Shown piece after piece: positions 1-13,995 of a stretch of 64,000 nt of DNA. The number at the start of each line of letters is the position of its first letter. The first letter of the stretch is position 1. This DNA is from Macrostomum lignano. Taxonomy: Eukaryota. The stretch is from positions 1-64,000 of the forward strand of contig NIVC01003065.1 in NCBI GenBank assembly GCA_002269645.1, read 5' to 3'. The notes below the pieces were generated by a model. It ran no database searches and was not told the DNA's origin. It was given only the letters and a program-made list of their open reading frames with translations. The translations under genes and the position numbers were made by a program.

Positions 1-52
1 TTGCAAATCACGCTATGCCGGTTTTTCATCTAAATAACTATATTTACCTACA

Positions 53-85
53 GATAGATGAATCGATAGGTGAATAGATAGATTT

Positions 86-178
<93 letters not shown>

Positions 179-216
179 CAGGCAGGCAGACAGACAGACA
201 GATAGATCAATAGATA
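53..216. repeat. (GATA)n microsatellite with a GACA-type end
   Basis: Near-perfect GATA tetramer run. It explains the LSIY-repeat ORFs 13..231 and 44..241. Confidence 0.97.
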
Positions 217-2146
217 CAAAATGCTCTTCAATCAGCTGCAAATAAATTCAATACACCGTTAATTATAACGAAGCTCAGCAGACTCAAAATTTGAATAGAA
301 AATTTAATGAGCGAGGTTAAAAGTACGCTGGGAGAATACGTTGGGCATTTCGTAGAAAAATTCGATCGGTTTCTAAGAAAACCAACTCAGAGAAGCTTAA
401 ATTCTCTCCCTCACGTCTTACACGGACAAATGGCCTCATTAAGGAGGTACTCATATCTGCTCAGCTATACATAAGCTGTCTGTAATAAATAACTTAAACC
501 GTGCATAATGCCGTTAAAGAAGCACTTCAATCCAAATCCCCCGGTTCCCGGAGGCCACTTTGCTGCTGAGAAAGATAAACTTGCACACTCTACTACGATG
601 ATTGGTAAAAAAATCGAGGACTTAGGCGAAGTGCTCATAGCCTACTCAAGCTCTTAAATATACATATATATTTCAGAGAATCGCGACTAGAGACTTCCTT
701 TGGTGTATTTCTTTCACTCTCTCTTTGAGGCATCTAGCAGCATCAGCCTCAGTAGCTTTTTTGGAATCTCCTTTCAAATTGTGACAAACGGAAAGAAGAA
801 AGTTTTGGTTCTTTTTTCCTCTCTATCTCACTTTGTACTTTTAATATATACTTACTTGCATTATAAGACTAGATGTATATACATTATATACACACAGAGG
901 CATTCGGTCTTCCAGCTCTTGATTGGGACTAGCAGATGGGGGGGGGCAGGGGGAGGCAGCAAGGGAGGCGGTACTCGCGAGCACCCAGTCGGCGAGAGAA
1001 AGTTCGAATTCCGACAGGCCAAAAAGGAGGTAGGGTAGAAATAGGAGATGAAGCAGCAGGAGCAGGGGGAGGGGAGGCGGGAGGACATTGAACAGACTTT
1101 CGCTTTAATTCTCACTCCCTCTAGCTCTTCTAGACTAGATTTCCAGGGGATTCTGTTTCATGAGCTGTTCTTATGTATACGATTGACAACTCTGGTTTAA
1201 TAGTGACTTCTCGGATATTGGATTACTGCATGGTGTATTATAAGGAAACTAATACGTCTCAAATTTCTGAGCAAATTTATCAATATATTTTAGTATCGAT
1301 TTGTTTATTAGTTTAAACTTCTCAATACGCGTACGCAAAGTCTTCGCTGCCAAACATCTGTTTCCGAATCTCAAAGCTTAATGAAAATTTCCGGAATTAT
1401 TTACAATTTTGTTTTAATCTGTTTGATAAGGAATGAAGAATTTATATGGATACGAATGTGAATCACCGACAACAAAGCAACGCTCATTATCTCAGTTACT
1501 GAGCTGTGACAAGCGGTTAACTACTTGTTTAACTATTTGTTAAGTAGTTGTGACCAATGACAACTTGTTAAGTAGTCACTGACTGTGACTAGGAGTGTTC
1601 GGGATTCGGGGTCGGGTTTTGCTACCAGGTTCTGGGTTAAACCCAAATGGTTGACGCGATGGTTGCGGATTTCCTTCATTAATTTCCATTAAAAATTAAA
1701 AATTAAAATTAAAAATGTATGATCTTTATTTGTAGATGTTTTAAATTCTCAGTTAGGATTTCAGCTGCTAAAAGAGTCACATTTATTCACGAGTTAAACG
1801 GAAGCAACAAGATGGTGCTCTTCATCAAGAGAGAGTCGTAACGGCTGTACCGTCGGCTGTAGCTACAGCATCAACTAACGCGGAGAGCTCAATCGCAGTG
1901 CTTAAAAAAGAGACGGTGAACGATTCAGCTACCATCTTTAACGCAGCATGGCTTTCGATAAAGCAAAGACGAACTATTCTGCTATTGACGTATTGTTTAT
2001 AGATGTACTTTTGTTATGCATGCTGGCTAGTTTACTGTTAATTTGTTGTTTTTCTACGCTTAATAAAAATGCAACAGACTAAAACCGAGGGAACACATGA
2101 AGATTCCGGCCGCAAAATTGTGAGACAACTGTCTGAGGCACGGCAG

Positions 2147-2215
2147 GGGCCCGTAGCTTAGTGGTCCGGCGCGGCGCTCTGGTGCGCCAGCGGCCAAGTG
2201 CAATCACGGTAATTT
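2147..2215 (+). pseudogene. Degenerate tRNA-derived SINE head or tRNA pseudogene
   Basis: GGGCCCG-TAGCTTAGTGG is a canonical acceptor start plus Pol III A-box. The B-box is degenerate (AAGTGCAATC) and no full cloverleaf forms. Confidence 0.35.
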
Positions 2216-3395
2216 TGGGCTAAATTAGAATCCGGGTTTGGGCGATCTGCTCGTGCAATTAACGACTTTTAAAGCCAATCCCCAAGGCACAGTGAAGTGT
2301 ACATGCCTAACGACAAATAAAGTTAGGGCCGCTGTACACTCCTGTGTGTGTGTGCCTGTGCGTATGACTGCGTACGTATCCTTGCGCTTTTTGGCCTGCT
2401 CAGGGGAGTCGGCGGAATGGGCAGTAATGCCTCTCGCCGGTTGTGTGACAATGTCGCTTAAAGTGCGCCAGGAAGGGTGCACACAGCCCCCTGGACTCCA
2501 ATAAATGTGTCATGACACACACGTGTTTCGTCTGTGTTACGATTTTGGCCATAGACAAAACAGAACAATATGTATATATATATACGTCTATTGTTCTGGC
2601 GGCAAAAACTGCATAAGCTGAAGCCAGGTAAAAGGACAAATTTTAGCGAGAGCTTACCAAATCGTATTCTACGACCGGAATTTCTAGGCAAGTCGTCGTT
2701 TTGTTTGTCAATTGACGATCGTTTCATTCTATATTAATTTGATTTTAACTTCAAGTCCTTCAATATTAATTTCCAAAAGTAAGTGTATCAGGCAGGATAG
2801 CAAAGTGATTGCAAATGCTGATGTTTTTATGATTATTATTATTACATCCTTGCGAAGCCTTCACCTATCCTTACAGCTAGATCGTAAGAGCAAAACTGAA
2901 CATAGATGACCAGCTGTACTAAGGGTGGAGGGAGATTCCTGTATTTTTTTTACATACGCGCCACAGCAACTTAGTAAAATCCAAGCAGATCTAACGGAGA
3001 TGATAAAGAAAGAGGTCTTGTTAAAGAATGTTTGCATTACAGGATCCCAGCATGCTATTGGTTGGGAAACATCGGAGCAGAGTGGGGGAGAAGGAGAGAT
3101 CTGGCTGATTGGATGGATGTCAGCAGAGTGGAACACGGTTAGCATGTTGCCAGCAAGGGGGTATCCATCCTAGTTGGGTCCCTACAAAGCCCACTTATAG
3201 TGCAATTTCGGGAATATTTTTTCTGCGTTGGGGGGGGGGGGGCGGGCGAGGTAAAGACTAAAGATTCATAGCATAAAAGAAGATAGTTATTGGATAAAAA
3301 TATGATTATTGATTTCAAAACAGTTTTGCTAATGGAATAAACAGAAATGCTCAAGATTAATACTGAGATTATAGACATAAACGCTGGCAGTATGG

Positions 3396-3662
3396 GATAA
3401 ACTGTGATAATACTTTGGGATAAAATGTGCTGATACTTTGAGATAAACTCTGGTGATACTTTGGGATAAACTCTGGTGATACTTTGGGATAAACTCTGGT
3501 GATACTTTGAGATAAACTGTGATGATACTTTGTGATAAACTCTGGTGATACTTTGGGATAAACTCTGGTGATACTTTGGGATAAACTCTGGTGATACTTT
3601 GAGATAAACTGTGATGATACTTTGTGATAAACTCTGGTGATACTTTGGGATAAACTCTGGTG
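3396..3662. repeat. 23-bp minisatellite (GATACTTTGGGATAAACTCTGGT), about 11 copies
   Basis: Unit spacing of 23 bp read directly (3455, 3478); ORF 3369..3692 has a 23-aa period. Confidence 0.93.
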
Positions 3663-4558
3663 TATTATAAACACTTCAATGGAAATCAACACTAAGATGT
3701 TTATGACAATACCTAAATATTGAGATAACTGATATACAGGAGTGCACTCAATAGCACCTAAAAGATCTTTATTCCTTATTCAAACAACTTAAAAGGTTAA
3801 AAGATAAGAATAAGATTAAATGGTTTACTAACAATCACCCAGACTTTGAAGTCACGTTTAACAAACGCATAAATAACTGCACAGACAGATGCAAATGCAC
3901 TAATGAATTAACTTTAAATTTTTTATGTAGAAGCGCGGAGAGAGATAAGAAAAAATACGTGATTTTCAAGCCACAGTTTTATCGTCAATAATGGATAAAA
4001 AAATATACAAAGTGATGATGCTACCAAATCCCAACTAATCTATTATAGATATAATTTATAAAGAAACATCGCGTGAGACATGATTGGCGGTTTTTACATG
4101 AATTAGAAAAAAGACTGCAGACTGGCTGAGATTATTTTTCTTTCAGCGTTATATTTCTTAGAATCAAATAGCGTGCTAAGCTGAGTGCCTGACAACAACA
4201 TGGGAGCTCAGAGACTTCCCAGCGCCCCCCCCCCCTAGGCCACACAATAACGCTCTTTCAAGATTGCTATGCATATTAGGCGAATAATTATGTTATGTAA
4301 CCGACAAGCCTCGGGCACTGAAAATATTATTCTTTAAAATAAAAATACTCATTGCCTTGAATTGCATGATTGATTTTTGTAAACTCACCATATCGTTGTA
4401 CACGAAATCAACGCGTAGCTGTTTAAGGTGGACATTTTCGTAGTAATTAAGATGACCAGACAATTAGAGGCTGCAAAAGTGTTCAATTTGGTCTGATAAA
4501 CAAACATCTACACTTTTCATCACTATCTGAATATATTGCCTAAGACTAGCGACAATTC

Positions 4559-4604
4559 ACAGACAGACAGATAGAAACTAGGACAGACAGACAGGCAGGC
4601 ACTA

Positions 4605-4681
<77 letters not shown>

Positions 4682-4682
4682 C

Positions 4683-4725
<43 letters not shown>

Positions 4726-4766
4726 CACAGACAGACAGACAGGCTGACAGACAGACAGACAGACAG

Positions 4767-4809
<43 letters not shown>

Positions 4810-4840
4810 CACAGACAGACAGACAGACAGACAGACAGGC

Positions 4841-4889
<49 letters not shown>

Positions 4890-5050
4890 GGCAGACAGAC
4901 AGACAGACAGACAGGCACTAAGACAGACAGACAGGCACTAAGACAGACAGACAGACAGGCAGACAGACATAGACACAGACATATAGACGGACTAAGACGG
5001 TCAAACACACAGACAGATACTTAGACAGACACTATGCAGACAGAAAGACA
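4559..5050. repeat. (CAGA)n microsatellite
   Basis: Long CAGA run with CACA and GGCA interruptions. It explains the LSVC ORFs. Confidence 0.97.
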
Positions 5051-6180
5051 GAAACATGCTATATCTTAAATCAGCTTAATCAAAGACGACACTAAGCACT
5101 ATAGTGTAGACTAAAAGTAGAATGATATTAGTAATAACTCAGAAAAAAATGAATAACAGAATCACCGCAAATCTGCGAGTAGAGTCAAAGACATGAAACA
5201 AACAAATATTAAGGAAACATGTTCGTTTCCGAATAATTTGTACCAGTTTTATTAATAATCAGACCCATGTCAAATAGACAAACAAATAAGAATGATCAAG
5301 ATTCTCAAACAGATTTTTATTCACGCAAATTCGGGTTTTTTATTCTAAATAAATATTATTCGCGATGTTAGAACGGAGGAGTTGGCAGGGTGATAACAGT
5401 TCCTACACAATAAATCATATTAAATTATTAAATATTTCAGAATAGCAATTTTGGTAGCAAAGAAAGAATTTCAACAAATAGATAATATTTCAACTCACTT
5501 TGCTGGCATAGACAGCGATGACTATGACATCCATAGTTCAATCAATTATTATATATGAGCTAATAAATAAGTATACAGAATTAAAAATACAAGACACCAT
5601 AAAACACTGAAGCTTAGTTAAAACAAAAAAAACTTCAAATGATTGATAGAATCAAGAATAAGGGAAACAAGCACACACACCAGAGGCCAATTACATAAAG
5701 CGTCGAGTAGTAATATTTATTAAACGCAAACTAATGCGCTTTAGTGTCTACTCGATTAGCAATATAAGTAGTGCAACAAAGAAATGTGATTTAAGTAAAA
5801 TTTTCAAATTATTAAAGCACAGAACAGACATGCCAATAACGAAGTCTATGTGATTTTGTTGAGAGAAAAAACTATTTGTAAAACTCTGCAAATTCTTTAG
5901 CTAGATTCTTCAGACGACTTTCTTAAATCAAACCCGATGAAAACGGTACCCAGGCCAAGAAGCGTCCCAGAGTGACTTGCTATCGGAAATAATCAATATA
6001 GTCTACAGATTACCGCTATAATAATCAAATTAATGAATGTCGAGTCGCTGAAACACGAAGAAACGGAGGGACATCAACAAACAAGCAAAAGTAACAATAA
6101 CCAATCCGTATTCTTACTATAACTAAAGTCCTACACAGGGGTTCAAGTTACTGGTTATTTTTTAGTCATTCAGTCACAAT

Positions 6181-9100
6181 TCAAGAGGCAGGCGCTCGCA
6201 GAGTCTGCTTCTGGCTCATGTTGATCTTGTCGCCAAGGGTGACAGCCATGCCCTGGCTCTTGGCTCGGATCCGGATGTGCCCAGTCACTGGGGCATTTGG
6301 CTGGTTCGGTGGCTTCTCGATAGACAAATTGGCCAGCGCGTCCTCGCCGAAGATGCTCCTGGCGTAGAGATTGGCAGCGAGGAAGCCGCACTCGCCTGTC
6401 AGCGCTTTCTCCGGCGTTAAACAGCGCATATTGGTGGCTTTGATCAGGTGGGCTAAAAAGTCGCGCAAATCCGATATGCCCGTAGCAACGGCCACTTTAT
6501 TCTCCCATTCGAATTCTACCCACATCCGGCGGAAGTCAACATCCGAGCAATGGCTAGGCACTATGTAATCCATTATGTCGATGTGAATGTCGTTTAATAC
6601 GACGCAGTTCCGATCGCCGGCGGCGCCGCGAACGTCGTAAACAATATTGCCGAATATGATGCCATTCTCAGTGCTTGTAACCTTGATATTAGCCTTGATG
6701 TTGGCGAAATCTTTCGAGGCCAAGGTAAGCGGTGCCGGCTTCTCAACCAATTTTAGATCGCCCAGAGTGGCCAATTCGAGGCTGAGGCTCTGCAGAGTGT
6801 CGGCTGTCTGGTTAACCAGAAGTACATCGAGTACTATGTCGTACTGGTTAACGTGCACGTAGGCTTCGGCATAGACAGGATCAGAGAAGCCGGTGAGTTG
6901 AGTAACTTTATTCAGCTTGCTGCTGAGCAGGATGTCCGACTCCGGCTTGGCGGCTGTGCCCAAGGCTTGCGACAATGTGAGGTCGAAGCGATCTTCGAGA
7001 TCGCCGAACTCGTTGGCCGGCGCCAGCTGGATGAAGCGGACGGGATCGTCTGGTTGAACGGCGCGCTTTGTTCGAACAGTTTCGCAGCTTTTCTCTTCGG
7101 CTAGCTGCGAGCTGAGCAGCTGGTCGAGGGCCTCGCGGCAGTACAAATCGAACACCTCCATCATGGGCTGAGAGCGCTCGGCCAGGACCTGGGGAGGTCG
7201 ATTATTAAGAGTAGAATAATTAAAAATAGAATTGGAAGTGGTTTAAAAAACAGAATTTAGATGTCTCCTAATGTGCATTTTGGAACGACATATTATATGG
7301 ATTTTCCTAAGGTTAAAAATAGAACGGGGATTTCCCTTATAGTGGAATTAGGTGGGGTGAATTATTTGGGGTGAAAATAAAAAGGGGATTTCCCTTATTG
7401 TGGAATTATGTTGAGTGAAAATAGAACGGGGATTTCTCTTATTGTGGAATTATGTTGAGTGAAAATAGAACGGGGATCTCCCTTATTGTGGATTTACGTT
7501 GCGTAAAAATAGAACAGGGATCTCTCTACGTGTGAATTTATGTTGTCTAAAAATAGAACGGGGATTTCCCTAAGTGTACATATACATGTACGTAGCGTAG
7601 AAAAAAGAACAGAAATTCCCCTTGGCAAGCACTTGACATGGTGAGTTATTTTGTGTCTAAATCGCCATTATTCTAAAAATGTTTTTGCTATTATGCAGAA
7701 AAGAAATCTATATTCCATCAAATTATTTAATCCTATATTTACCTTCATACACAGCCACAGGTGTTCGAAATCATCAGGGGACACTGGTCGCTCAGGCATA
7801 CCGCTGCGGCCTAGATGCAGAATACACGACAATACCAGCATGCACTCGGCAACGAACCGGTTCTGACGGGTCGGGTCCGGCACTCTGAAGTGGGAGTCAA
7901 CAGAATGGCTTGAATGCTTGTAGAATAGACTTTAATCATGTATTATGGCCTTAAATTTTTGTAGATTGAAGCAGCACTAGAAAATTTATGCTTTGATTTA
8001 TGTAGAATGGCCTTAGGATTATGTAGAATGGCCTAAGTTTTATGTAGAATGACCTCATTTTTATGTAGAATGGCCTAATGTTTATGTAGAATGGCCTAAG
8101 GTTTATGTAGAATGGCCTCAGATTTATGTAGAATGGCCTCGGATTTGTGTAGAATGGCCTCGGATTTGTGTAAAATGGCCTCAGATTTGTGTAGAATGGC
8201 CTCGGATTTGTGTAGAATGGCCTCAGATTTATGTAGAATGGCCTCAGATTTGTGTAGAATAGCCTCAGATTTGTGTAGAATGGCCTCAGATTTGTGTAGA
8301 ATGGTCTTAGATTTGTGTAGAATGACCTCAGATTTTTGTTCCTTGACATCAGATTAATGTAGAATGGCCTCAGATTAATGTAGAATGGCCTCAGATTCAT
8401 GTAGAATGGCCTCAGATTTATACAGAAGGCCAATTCAATGAAAAACCAGGGACTATCAATCATTCATACCTAGCCAAGTATCGCACAGCCAGTTTAGTCA
8501 GCGCGGTGCCCAGAGCGGCGCCAATAAAGAAGTCGCCCTTCAACAGGTGCCGACGCAACACAGGCCTGTCGTCTTTGTCGGTACCTAAGGAGGCGCCGAC
8601 GCCGCCCGACTTGCCGCCGGAACTGCCAGACTAAAAAAGCGACCAAAGTTATAATCTATAATTATAAGTTAGTGGCGCCAAAGGTAGGCTAGGCTTAAAG
8701 GTTAAAATATTCACCTTTCCGCCGGTCACAGAGAAGGCAGTCTGCGAAGCGTAGGTACCATCGGCCGTTACCCGCTTCTGTGCAAGGCCGGAGGCTTGAG
8801 AAGACAAGGCGGACTCCTGCTGCTGGTCCTGATCCTCTCCTGTACTGGCGGCTCGTTTCAATTCGTCCTCAACTAGAGGCAGATCGCCAAGTGCCTGGCG
8901 AACAAGCGTCATGACGCTCTGGATGTCTTCGACCTCGGTGCAATGCTCGCCAAGGATCCACAGAGCGCTGCGATAAATCTTTGCATTCTTAACCGTAGCC
9001 AGCGATTCCATCAGCTTCTGCAGGATCAACGATTTCAAATGATCGAACTTTTGAATGGCCTCGCGAACAAACACTAGCACGTCTTCGGCCGCCCCTGTAG

Positions 9101-9347
9101 GCGCCTTCTCGTTGTAGTTGTCGCCGTCGGCTAGGAACTCGATGAGGGTCGGGACGATCTGCGGCGCTACGTCCGGGAATCGGATGCAGGCGTTGTGCAG
9201 GGTTCGAACCAGCAGCTGACGGTAGCGGCCGGTCTCCTCCTGAGCCATGGGGATTCGGTTGGGGCGGTAGACTTAGCCCGTCAGGGATCGGAGAGACAGA
9301 CAGACAGACAGATAGACAGACAGACAGACACAGACAGACAGACAGAC

Positions 9348-9408
<61 letters not shown>

Positions 9409-9409
9409 C

Positions 9410-9444
<35 letters not shown>

Positions 9445-9481
9445 CACACACACACACACACAGACAGACAGACAGACAGAC

Positions 9482-9520
<39 letters not shown>

Positions 9521-9533
9521 CACACACACACAC

Positions 9534-9600
<67 letters not shown>

Positions 9601-9603
9601 CAC

Positions 9604-9654
<51 letters not shown>

Positions 9655-9665
9655 CACACACACAC

Positions 9666-9727
<62 letters not shown>

Positions 9728-11747
9728 CGACAGAAAGAGACTAAAACTAAGGACACGCTCAAACAACTCCAGCTTTGTTAAACTAACCTGTTCAATAGCT
9801 GCGGAAGTTTTGAGCACCTCTTTCTTAAGCACGCCAACTACCTCCTCGATAGTGCGGCCAGTGACCAGCTCCAGGGCCAAATCCATGGCCTTCTTACGCA
9901 CTTCCAAATCCGTAGCTGACAGGATACGCAGCACGTCCATAACAAGATCCTGCAGAATACGTTCATGAGTCTCTCTCAGACCCACCAGCCTATCCAGTAC
10001 AATCAGTTTCACATTGTTGTCGCTCTCCTTCAATATGAGATCGATATAGGCGGAGGCGGCCGAGCGAACGGCGGTCGGAGCCGAGCTGAGACAGATCAGG
10101 GTGCCAGCGGCTTCGTAGCGAACAGCAGCCGAACTGCTCTGCAGCAGGTTGTACACGCAGCGGATAAATCGGGACCGCTCGGTGGGATTGGCGTGGCACA
10201 CTTTGTAGATTAACTCCACAATTACTAGCTGGAGAATGTCGCCGAAAGTGTGCACCTGGTCTAGGCAGGTGCTTAGATAATTGAGAGCTCGCTCTTGATC
10301 GACGTGCAGCAGCATCATGAAAGCGTTGCGCTTGCACGAGGCGTCTTGCTCCTGGGATTGTAGATGGTGGATTGACTTTTGTCTTCTGTGTTTTATATTT
10401 ATATATGTACACTGGACAAACATAAAACGGAATTTCGTCAACATTGAAGTATGCCGCAAATTTCTTAGTCAATTCTTCAGTTTATTTGACCTTGTTTCTG
10501 TGTTTACTCTGTTTAGTCTCTCTCTCTGTTTAGTTCAGTCTTGTTATTCTTATCTCTCCCTCCCTCGCTGCCTTCTGATTGGCTCTTTAATCTCGCCTCT
10601 TTCCTCACCCGTGCACTCCACCCCTCATTTTCTTATCTGCACTCAACCCCCGCCTAATTGAATGTCTTATAAATTGTTTAGGACCTGCGCCCTACTTTAC
10701 TGTTTTTAATAAATAAACTAATATATCTGTACTAACTAGACTGTTATTTAATAGTCTTATCTTATTTTGCTTAACATATAGTACGCTAGATATAAATAGA
10801 AAGGGAATTCCCATTTTAACGGTGTACGCTGGACAAAAATAGAAGGGCTAAAAGGATTTCCGTATAAAATGATGTATGACAAATCTAAACAGAACGGAAT
10901 TTCTCCAACAGTAAAGTACGCGTAATATTCAATATAAATAAACTGGTATTTGCCTTTGAATTGTGAAGGCTAAATAGATACAAGTATAAATAAAACGGTA
11001 TTTCCCTACAGTGGCAATTCGCTGGATATAAATAGAGCGGGAATTCCCCTCTGCTAGACACGCTAAAAGGGGGATTCCCTTTATCAGTGGTCACCATGCT
11101 TGATATATGTACATACAGACCAGAATTCTTCGACATTAGAGTAGAATGGATAAAAATGACTGGAAAATCTCATATCACCGTCCTGAATCGCTCACCTGGT
11201 CCAGCAGAGAAGCAATCAACTCCGGAGCATCGGGTATCAACGAATCGAAGTTCTTGTAGATGGTGAAGATAGCCAGTATGGCATTTCGCCTAACATAGGT
11301 GTGCCGATACTCCAAGCACTGCCGAATTGACGGCATCAGCGGCTCCAGCAGTTCGGGCTCTTTCAGTTTGCACAAAAATCGAAGAGTTGAGCCGCGAATA
11401 AACTCGTTGGGATGCTGCAGATCTTTGCGATAAGCGTCGCAAACCAGGATCATCTCGTGAAGCAGCTTGCCGTCTGGCGAGTATTTGGGCACAACCTCCC
11501 AGAACACTAGCAGCAGCTTCTTGATCATGTGGTCCTGGCTGGGCATCACGTACTTCACCACAGTCATTAGCAGGGAGCTATTAAACTTCTCTCCATTAAT
11601 AATCATGGCTATGACCTTTTTTAAGGCTTCAATTTTGCCATTTACGTCGGGCTTTTCAAGATCTTCGCGAAGCTTCTGCTCGGATGGCGGCTCCGAGTCA
11701 GTCGGCATGTTGATCAGAGTGTAGCATGGCTGCTCCGCTTGGCTCAT
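6181..11747 (-). CDS. COPB1: Coatomer subunit beta (beta-COP), about 983 aa, 6 exons: 11747-11196, 10351-9788, 9239-8715, 8630-8470, 7884-7743, 7188-6181
   Basis: Recognisable beta-COP motifs: [120 protein letters not shown]. All five introns are GT-AG and the exon phases join in frame (0,0,0,2,0). Confidence 0.96.
7315..7622. repeat. Degenerate ~44-bp tandem repeat (core AAATAGAACGGGGATTTCCCTT) in COPB1 intron 5
   Basis: About 7 copies of the core, most spaced ~44 bp apart. Confidence 0.85.
7985..8428. repeat. 21-bp minisatellite (TGTAGAATGGCCTCAGATTTR) in COPB1 intron 4
   Basis: About 20 copies; the ORFs over it have a 7-aa period (MASDLCR / NLRPFYT). Confidence 0.95.
9292..9738. repeat. 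(CAGA)n/(CA)n microsatellite in COPB1 intron 2
   Basis: Read directly; it lies between donor 9787 and acceptor 9240. Confidence 0.97.
10790..11082. repeat. Highly degenerate copies of the AAATAGAAxGGGAATTCCC repeat in COPB1 intron 1
   Basis: About 5 copies resembling the intron 5 repeat (10794, 10838, 10886, 10988, 11030). Confidence 0.6.
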
Positions 11748-13995
11748 GTTTATATTTTAAAGCTTTGCTGAAAGCATGCAGAAATTTTCTTTTGGATTGT
11801 TGTATTTAACTACTTATGCATTAGATGGCAGTAAATGACAGTAAATAGTCAGTTAATTAAAGGTAATTCAAAAATATGCTACTCTAAAAAATATTGTCAA
11901 AACACTTGGTCACATTTTCAAAGCTAATTTAAAAAAAGGGAGCACAACTGGGTATACTTATTTTTAAAACAAAATTTAATTTGACAGCAAATCCAAGTAC
12001 ACTCAGCCTAATGAGAATTTAAGACAGAGGGAAAGGAAAAACATTCTAAGAGCTACTCACTTTGTAGGCTCTTTAAAGGAAGCACCTAAATAAAGAAGCT
12101 TTCAAATGAGTTATTAGACAAAATGAGTGTATGCAAAAAATACAAAGTTCAGAGGGACACTACTCACATTGTAACATATACATTTTTTGTTTCTTTAACT
12201 AATTAAAACAAGTATAAACTCTTCTTTAACATGTATATTTTGTTTTTTCTATGCCTAGCAATTTCATTTTAAAAACACTATTTTACAATTTTTCGTGCAA
12301 TTATCAGCTTATGGTAATCTCACTGGAGTCCCTACTTTGATGTGTGGTTATATTTTTATTTTGCTTTATAGATTGCATTTGGTCTACCTTCAGCTGCTTT
12401 TAGTATTACTAATACAAGCTACAAGTGCAAAATAATATATAGTTTTATAAACCTAATATATTGCTTATAAATATGCTCTACAACCCAAATTTCTAAGTAG
12501 AAAGTGTCAAGTGAATAATACTAGTCTTGTCAGTCACAAATATCTTCATTTCCCTGCCAGATGCCCTGCATTGCCAATATAGTAAATTGATACTCAGGCA
12601 CCTTTGGTGCTTGGCCACCTTTAGACTAGTGTCTAGCTGCCTTTGCTTTAGTACCTACTACCAGCTGTCTAGCTGCAATGTTAGGCACCTTTAATGAAAA
12701 TCTTATTTTCTGTTAATGGCAAAAGCGTTAGCATTAAAATGAGAAAAAATTTACTTTGTAACACTTAATTTTGTTAAATTAACTGAAAATTAACTGATAA
12801 TTGTTAATAAATGTTAATCTGTTAAAGTTAACATAGAAAATACCAAAATCTTGCACTTTTTTTTCCAAAACAGACTTTATAATGCATTGCTCTTGCTTTT
12901 CCATCTTTTTAGCAAAGCATAGAGGTTACCCAAGTGATTTAAAAGCTAAAAATAACAAATAATAATAATAATAACCTTTATAGATATAATACTACTAAAA
13001 GTAAGCATACGGTAAACAAAATAACTTATTTATTTGGAAATTGAAAGCTAATTAGTTAATAATAAAAATACAAATAGGAAGGTTGTTTCAGTAGCATTAG
13101 CAGGTGCAGCAGAAAGTTACGAAACATTGGCAAAGAATTGGCAAAGAAGTAAATCAAAGCCATTGATGTGTGCAAGCAATAAAGTTCACAATTTTAATAT
13201 TAAAGTTTATTAGTTAGAAGTTGTTATATCTGCATGATCATTGTTATAAACAAAGAGATTAATTAGGCATTTAGGTATATTTGAATGTATTCATAATGTT
13301 GTAACTTCTTGTCAGACTTGTATTTTTGTTCTTTCTTTGCATCATTGTTCTTGACACTGTCATTAATGTTAACAATTAATTTGTTGTTAACTGACAAAAT
13401 TATTTATGCAAATTTGTTAATCTGCTAGTTCAAAAAAATCTTAACGGCAGTCCATTAACATTAATGAAAAATCTTAACACTTATTAATGCTTATTAATGG
13501 ACTAGTGCCCAACACTATTGAGCTGCCAGCAGTGCAATAAATGCTATGATGCCAAGCTGCCTTTGGTAACAGATTTGTATACCATGCCCTGACTGCCCTT
13601 TGTTTACCTGATTATCCACTCTTATTGTGGAATTTCTTATGTTAAGCAAGTTACTTTTTAAAGTTATCAAACTTTTCTAATTACTTTTCTAAATACAAGT
13701 TTTATAAACACTTTTAATAGCCATAATAGCCTTATTAGAGTCAGGGATTCTTTTAACTAAATGGTATCAAATTAACAAAAAGAAATAGTTGGTAAAGCAA
13801 TATAGCAAAATAGAAAGTTTGATAAGCAAAAGTTACTCTAGTTACTTTGATTTTTGAGCAATTTGACCAATACTGTTTTTTGCAGAAGCTATTTGCTTTT
13901 AAGATATGCCATTCCTACTCCCACTTTTCAAATTGAGAATATAGGCCATAATATATTTATTTTATTGAATTTTTTTTAATTTGTTAATTATGTAG

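Noticed and set aside
1790-3170. Protein-like fragments at ~1790-2000 and 2861-3173
   Set aside because: No splice-consistent model and no recognisable motifs.
4523-5008. LSVC/QTDR/LSIY/WSGLV/VPVP-type ORFs here and at 13-241, 8989-9968, 18631-19419, 20053-20568, 38677-39306, 42940-43590 and 56617-57051
   Set aside because: They are translations of stop-free tandem repeats, mostly inside introns, and not genes.
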